A DNA stretch of 64,000 bases from Candidatus Aenigmatarchaeota archaeon (GTDB taxonomy: Archaea; Aenigmatarchaeota; Aenigmatarchaeia; QMZP01; JAFGSV01): positions 7,053 through 71,052 of the forward strand of contig JAFGFG010000005.1 in assembly GCA_016931255.1 (NCBI GenBank). Reading direction: 5' to 3'. The notes below the pieces were generated by a model. It searched no databases and had not been told where the DNA came from. It was given only the letters and a program-made list of their open reading frames with translations. This document shows positions 59,407 to 64,000 of the stretch, piece by piece (within the stretch, counting starts at the first letter, position 1; each line of letters begins with the position of its first letter). The position numbers and the translations under genes were made by a program.

Positions 59407-61443
59407 ATGATGCTTGGAAAGATACACGGAAGGGTAACGACAACTGAATTCAGCTTCGAGGCGGAAGCCCAGATAAAGAAACTGGACTTCGTGGTCGTGA
59501 AGACCCAGGAAGGCGAATGGGCTACTGCTTACATAGATAACATCACCCGTTATGGTGAGACGACCCTTGCCGAGTGCAGGGTCATAGGATACCGGAACAA
59601 CCGCGGATTCCTTGTCGTCCCCAATGTGCCGTTTGCTCCTGAAACGCCTGTTTTCTCCGCATCGGAAGACCAGATAAGGAATACGCTGGGGATACCGGAT
59701 TCCGGCCTCTACATAGGCATTCTGGACGGATACAACATCAAGGTGAACCTTCCCATAAAGCAACTTGTAACGAAGCACGTCTCGATTCTCGCCAAGACCG
59801 GCGCGGGCAAGAGCTACATGGCAGGCGTCCTGATGGAGGAATTCGCTGAGAACAGGACACCTGTTGTCATAATGGACCCCCATGGAGAATACGCCTCGCT
59901 CAGCGTCGCGAATGACGAGGAGAAGGAGCTGAAGTTCGCTGAGAAGTTCGGCGTGGAGCCCAAGTCATACCAGGACCAGATAAAGCGCTTTACCATTGAA
60001 GACGGCAGCCTGCGGCTGAATTCGAGGCTCACTGCTGACGAGCTCTTCCACTGCCTGCCTGTGAAGGTTTCCGGGACGCAGAAAGGCCTCATATATTCGG
60101 CGATGAGGAACCTCGGCGGGAAGGACTATTCACTCAACGACCTCATAAACGAGATAAGCACGCTTCCGTCCCAGTCCAAATGGAACCTCATTTCAGCGCT
60201 CGAGTTCCTTGACAAGACCAAGCTGTTTTCGCATGATTTCACTAAGCCTGAAGACCTGGTCAGGCCCGGGCAGATATCTATAATCGATGTAAAATTCGCA
60301 AGGCCTGAGATACAGCAGACGATAGTGTTCAAGCTTGCCAATGAGCTGTTCGCAGCAAGGAAGGCCAGCAAGGTTCCGGGATTCTTCCTCGTCCTTGAGG
60401 AGGCCCACAACTTCTGTCCCGAGAGGGGGTTCGGCGAGGTTGCGTCATCTTCCATAGTCAGGACAATAGCATCCGAGGGAAGGAAATTCGGGCTGAGCCT
60501 CTGCGTCATAACGCAGCGTCCAGCAAGGGTTGACAAGAATGTGCTGTCGCAATGCAACACCCAGATAATAATGAAGGTCACGAATCCCAATGACCTGAAG
60601 GCCATCACCGATTCAGCAGAAGGCATAACAGCCGGCATGAGGGATGAGATAAGGGACCTTCCTGTCGGCAGCGCCCTCGTTGTCGGCGTCACCGAGCATC
60701 CTATGCTCACTGAGATAAGGATACGGAGAAGCAAGCACGGGGGCGAGGCAGTTGCCATGCCAGTGAAGGGCGGGCCCATGAAGGTCAGGAACACCACGCT
60801 TCCGCCAAGGTTCAGCAAGCAGGACATAGAAGCCGAGCACAAGGAAGCCAATGTATACAGGGTGAACTATCCTGTGTGGGAACTGAAGGGAACAGTCAGC
60901 GGCCAGATAGGGAAGCTCTTCATAGACGGCCTCATAGGGGAAGTCATGTACGAGTCCCAGGGCGAGCTGAAGAGAACGAATGGACTCAAGAGCCTCGTGA
61001 CGCTTTCATCAGTCGAGAGGAAGATAATATCGAGCCTTCTTTCATTGAAGTACGGTAACCTTGACAAGGTCGCCACTTCGACAAGGCTCATGAACAACGA
61101 CTGCCACAGGCTGCTGAAGAACCTGATGTCCAAGGGGCTCGTGACAAGCGACGGCTACAACTTCCGTCCTGTGAGGGTCAAGATACCCGGGGACATAATG
61201 AGCCTCGGCTTCAGCGAGGACTCGAAGGAGATGGAAATCGACGGGAAGATAATGAACTTCTCCGTGCCGAGGGACACTGCCGAGAAGGTGGCAGGCTTGT
61301 TCGGCATGCAGGTGGAATCCTCAGACATGATTTACTACCCATACTGGCTTGTTGTCTACAGCAACAGGAAGGCCCTTGTGGACGGCCTGACGAAGAAAGT
61401 CGACATAGAAGCCACAAGGGAAGTCATGGGAATGATAAGGTAA
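59407..61443 (+). CDS. HerA/DUF87-family ATPase with a C-terminal wHTH-containing extension
   Basis: HAS-like N-terminus, HVSILAKTGAGKS, DPHGEY, EEAH, EGRKFG, TQRP. Confidence 0.9.
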   Translation: MMLGKIHGRVTTTEFSFEAEAQIKKLDFVVVKTQEGEWATAYIDNITRYGETTLAECRVIGYRNNRGFLVVPNVPFAPETPVFSASEDQIRNTLGIPDSGLYIGILDGYNIKVNLPIKQLVTKHVSILAKTGAGKSYMAGVLMEEFAENRTPVVIMDPHGEYASLSVANDEEKELKFAEKFGVEPKSYQDQIKRFTIEDGSLRLNSRLTADELFHCLPVKVSGTQKGLIYSAMRNLGGKDYSLNDLINEISTLPSQSKWNLISALEFLDKTKLFSHDFTKPEDLVRPGQISIIDVKFARPEIQQTIVFKLANELFAARKASKVPGFFLVLEEAHNFCPERGFGEVASSSIVRTIASEGRKFGLSLCVITQRPARVDKNVLSQCNTQIIMKVTNPNDLKAITDSAEGITAGMRDEIRDLPVGSALVVGVTEHPMLTEIRIRRSKHGGEAVAMPVKGGPMKVRNTTLPPRFSKQDIEAEHKEANVYRVNYPVWELKGTVSGQIGKLFIDGLIGEVMYESQGELKRTNGLKSLVTLSSVERKIISSLLSLKYGNLDKVATSTRLMNNDCHRLLKNLMSKGLVTSDGYNFRPVRVKIPGDIMSLGFSEDSKEMEIDGKIMNFSVPRDTAEKVAGLFGMQVESSDMIYYPYWLVVYSNRKALVDGLTKKVDIEATREVMGMIR

Positions 61444-61539
61444 ATCAGTTCACATCCCAAAACTTCCTTTCGTAAGCCATGGGAATGATACGCTGACCTC
61501 GAAAATTATTTAAAATTCCCCGTACATGTTCATACACAT

Positions 61540-61691
61540 GCCTCGGTGGCTCAGTGGTTAGAGCGCCGCACATCCCTAATAAGGATTGGGTGAAGCTCAT
61601 AAGCGTGTCTTATGAGCGATGAGAAAACGTTTGTTTTCAATGACATAGCTGAGATACGCGGAGGCCGTGGGTTCAAATCCCGCCCGAGGCA
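61540..61691 (+). tRNA. tRNA-Met(CAU) with two introns (30/31: 61570-61594; 37/38: 61602-61655)
   Basis: Spliced arm CCGCG-CT-CAT-AA-CGCGG; BHB helices CGCC/GGTG and CTCA/TGAG; acceptor GCCTCGG/CCGAGGC. Confidence 0.85.
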
Positions 61692-61780
61692 TGAGCGCAA
61701 TAGGAATTAAGGTCTATGGAGTCAGATACGGGCTTTGTAGAAGATAAGAAGGCAGGAAGACGGGGAGTTACTAATGCTGC

Positions 61781-61921
61781 CTATTTTCCAAGGAAATTCC
61801 TGATTTGCTCCCTTAACCATTCAGCCTTTGAATTATAACCAGAAGCTTTGAGTTTTGCCTCGAAAGCTTCATGAATGTCCTTTTCAATTTGGGCTTTGAT
61901 TTCAAGTTCGATTTTAGGCAT
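61781..61921 (-). CDS. 46-aa ribbon-helix-helix (CopG-like) protein (not in ORF track)
   Basis: AGGAGGTGA RBS; MPKIELEIKAQIEKDIHEAFEAKLKASGYNSKAEWLREQIRNFLGK. Confidence 0.7.
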   Translation of the reverse strand: MPKIELEIKAQIEKDIHEAFEAKLKASGYNSKAEWLREQIRNFLGK

Positions 61922-61944
61922 AATATCACCTCCTTAAACGATAG

Positions 61945-61978
61945 GTTTAAATAGTTGATTAATCAACTATATAGTTGA
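61945..61978. promoter_or_regulatory. TATA box plus overlapping palindromic operators
   Basis: TTTAAA then ATAGTTGATTAATCAACTAT (perfect 20-bp palindrome, 61951-61970), overlapping TCAACTATATAGTTGA (61963-61978). Confidence 0.7.
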
Positions 61979-61998
61979 AGAAACAACAGTTGGTTAAA

Positions 61999-62589
61999 AT
62001 GCTTAATGAAACTGAATTAAAAATATTGTATGCCTTCTTTCCAGAGGGTACAGAAAGGACTACAAAAGAAATAGAAGACCGCTCAAGTTATTCCCATGAA
62101 CGTGCTTATTCCACACTCAAAATATTAGAAAAAAAAGGCATTTTGTTAAAAAAGAAGGTAGGAAAGGCACTTGTTTATTCAATTAAAAAATTTGATGACT
62201 CTGTTTATCTTGCGTTTACTTACTACTCATTAAATAAGAAAAATACTTTTGCAAAGAAATATTCCTCTGCTTGGAAAGCTATTGATGAATTTATCAACAA
62301 AACAAAACTGGAAATGGTTATATTGTTTGGCAGTTATTCAAAAGGAGAAGTAAAGGAAAGAAGCGATGTTGATGTTTTATGCATCAATGGAAACTCAGAA
62401 GCTGAAAAAATTGCTTTGTCTTTAAGACATAAATATAATTTGAAAATAGCTCCTGTTATTGTGGATAAAGAAGATTTCAGAAACATTAAGTCAGAGAATC
62501 CTGAACTGTGGGAAGAACTTATCAAATTCGGAATTATTCTTAAAGGGCAGGAATTATTTTATGATTTAGTTTATAGGTGGGATAAATGA
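61999..62589 (+). CDS. wHTH-MNT antitoxin
   Basis: N-terminal wHTH; LFGSYSKGE..SDVDV; ATG 61999 preferred over TTG 61975. Confidence 0.88.
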   Translation: MLNETELKILYAFFPEGTERTTKEIEDRSSYSHERAYSTLKILEKKGILLKKKVGKALVYSIKKFDDSVYLAFTYYSLNKKNTFAKKYSSAWKAIDEFINKTKLEMVILFGSYSKGEVKERSDVDVLCINGNSEAEKIALSLRHKYNLKIAPVIVDKEDFRNIKSENPELWEELIKFGIILKGQELFYDLVYRWDK

Positions 62590-63122
62590 AGAAAGATTTT
62601 AATTGGTTCATTCAGGAAGGCTTGCTTTCAAAAACTCAATTCATACAGAGATTAGCACCAAGATTTATCGAAAAAGCAAAGAATAATCTCATAACACTGA
62701 GCATTCTGTTTGATCTTCACAATAACAAAGATGTAAGGGACTCTTTGAATGTCCCCGAGGATTATGATTCAAGCGAATGGGTTGTAGTTTGTGCATATTA
62801 TGCAATGTATATGGCAGCATCAGCAGCTCTTGCCAAAATTAGCTATAAGAGCAAAAATCATACTGCAACTGTTCTGGCTCTGGAAACATTCTTTGTGAAG
62901 AAACAGCTATTGGAAGAGAGTTATCTGAAGATGATTGAAAAAGCGCAACTGGAAAAACAATACATTGACAACCTGAATCTTGCAAGAGACAGAAGAGAAA
63001 TTGCTCAATACAGCGTCACAAAAGAAACGACGAGAAGGATTGCTGAGGAAATCAAGAAAGATGCTTACAAGTTTGTGGAAAGGATGGAGAAGTTAATTGA
63101 AAACTTAGACCCGAGGGATTGA
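62586..63122 (+). CDS. HEPN-domain protein
   Basis: WVVVCAYYAMY, KNH, RREIAQY; ATGA overlap with the MNT gene. Confidence 0.85.
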   Translation: MKKDFNWFIQEGLLSKTQFIQRLAPRFIEKAKNNLITLSILFDLHNNKDVRDSLNVPEDYDSSEWVVVCAYYAMYMAASAALAKISYKSKNHTATVLALETFFVKKQLLEESYLKMIEKAQLEKQYIDNLNLARDRREIAQYSVTKETTRRIAEEIKKDAYKFVERMEKLIENLDPRD

Positions 63123-63124
63123 TT

Positions 63125-64000
63125 ATGGGTTTACCTAGTGCTCAAATGGTAGGAGGAAATCTTCAGGATGAAAAATTTACAAACATGTACAGCTTGTCAA
63201 AGACACTAAGATTTGAATTGAAGCCTATTGGGAAGACTCTCGAACATATCGAAAAAAAGAAATTGATACGCCAGGATGAAAAAAGAGCAGAAAGCTACAA
63301 GAAAATGAAGAGAACCATTGATGGCTTCCACAGGGATTTCATCGAACTTGCGATGTCACAGGTAAAATTAACAAAACTAAAAGCATTTGCCAAACTGTAC
63401 AATGAATCTTCAGAACGTAAAAAAGAAGATGACTTCAAGAAGAAATTCGAGAAAGTGCAGGCTGATCTGAGAAAAGAGATCGCCGAAGGGTTTAAGACTG
63501 GTAAAGCAAAGGAAACATTCTCAAAGATTGACAAAAAGGAATTGATAACTGAGCTCCTGCCAAATTGGATAAGAACACAGGAAGGACAAAATAAAAATAT
63601 TTACTTCGATGATAAGTTCAAAAGATTCACAACATACTTCGGAGGCTTCCATGAGAATCGGAAAAACATATACACTGACAAAGAACAATCCACAGCTATT
63701 GCCTATCGATTGATACATGAAAATTTACCAAGATTCCTGGATAACATCAAGACCTTTGAAAAGATTAGATTAATACCTGAATTATATAAGGAATGCGCCA
63801 TCCTGTACGAAGAAATAAAAGAATATCTTGAGATCACACGTATCAACGATGCTTTTAAGGTGGATTATTACAATAAAGTGCTCACTCAAAAACAGATGGA
63901 TGTTTACAATCTGATTATTGGTGGACGCACTCCTAAAGAAGGGCAAAAGAAGATTCAGGGACTGAATGAACAGATCAACCTGTACAACCAAAAACAGAAC
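63125..64000 (+). CDS. cas12a: CRISPR type V-A effector Cas12a (Cpf1), 5' part, runs off the window
   Basis: Open frame to the edge: FTNMYSLSKTLRFELKPIGKT, DEKRAESYK, FTTYFGGFHENRKNIY, STAIAYRLIHENLPRFLDN, IQGLNEQINLYNQ; start 63125 or 63146. Confidence 0.95.
   Translation, partial: MGLPSAQMVGGNLQDEKFTNMYSLSKTLRFELKPIGKTLEHIEKKKLIRQDEKRAESYKKMKRTIDGFHRDFIELAMSQVKLTKLKAFAKLYNESSERKKEDDFKKKFEKVQADLRKEIAEGFKTGKAKETFSKIDKKELITELLPNWIRTQEGQNKNIYFDDKFKRFTTYFGGFHENRKNIYTDKEQSTAIAYRLIHENLPRFLDNIKTFEKIRLIPELYKECAILYEEIKEYLEITRINDAFKVDYYNKVLTQKQMDVYNLIIGGRTPKEGQKKIQGLNEQINLYNQKQN

Noticed and set aside
63110-63116. CCCGAGG at the HEPN-cas12a junction matching the tRNA-Met 3' end
   Set aside because: Only 7 nt and inside coding sequence, so indistinguishable from chance.
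63295-63991. Three minus-strand ORFs at the right edge
   Set aside because: They are antisense shadows of cas12a.
61692-64000. CRISPR array near cas12a
   Set aside because: No repeat-spacer pattern or TTCTACT..GTAGAT hairpin was seen; any array would lie beyond the window.

Overview
Archaeal chromosomal window, probably a DPANN-type lineage such as Aenigmarchaeota (inferred from gene content, not proven). Archaeal markers include Nop5/fibrillarin, Cbf5, Rpp30/Pop5, L40e, DGGGP synthase, archaeal IleRS and BHB-intron tRNAs. The backbone carries acetate metabolism (acs, satP, ACD-GNAT), trehalose and inositol synthesis, nadA, cimA, glyA/thyX, a secretion/pilus ATPase and three large surface proteins. 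Highlights: (1) a Cas12a (type V-A) gene missed by the ORF track runs off the right edge, directly behind an MNT-HEPN pair in an AT-rich island after a two-intron tRNA-Met; (2) tRNA-Thr(UGU) is followed by three copies of its own 3' end that delimit 1-1.5 kb integrase-free cassettes (MNT-HEPN; degenerate Fic; HEPN-MNT plus hemerythrin); (3) tRNA-3'-like remnants also flank a surface-protein island; (4) two tRNAs each carry two introns; (5) a ~1 kb non-coding region has iterated motifs (oriC candidate). No CRISPR array is visible. All family calls come from recognising motifs by eye; no searches were run.
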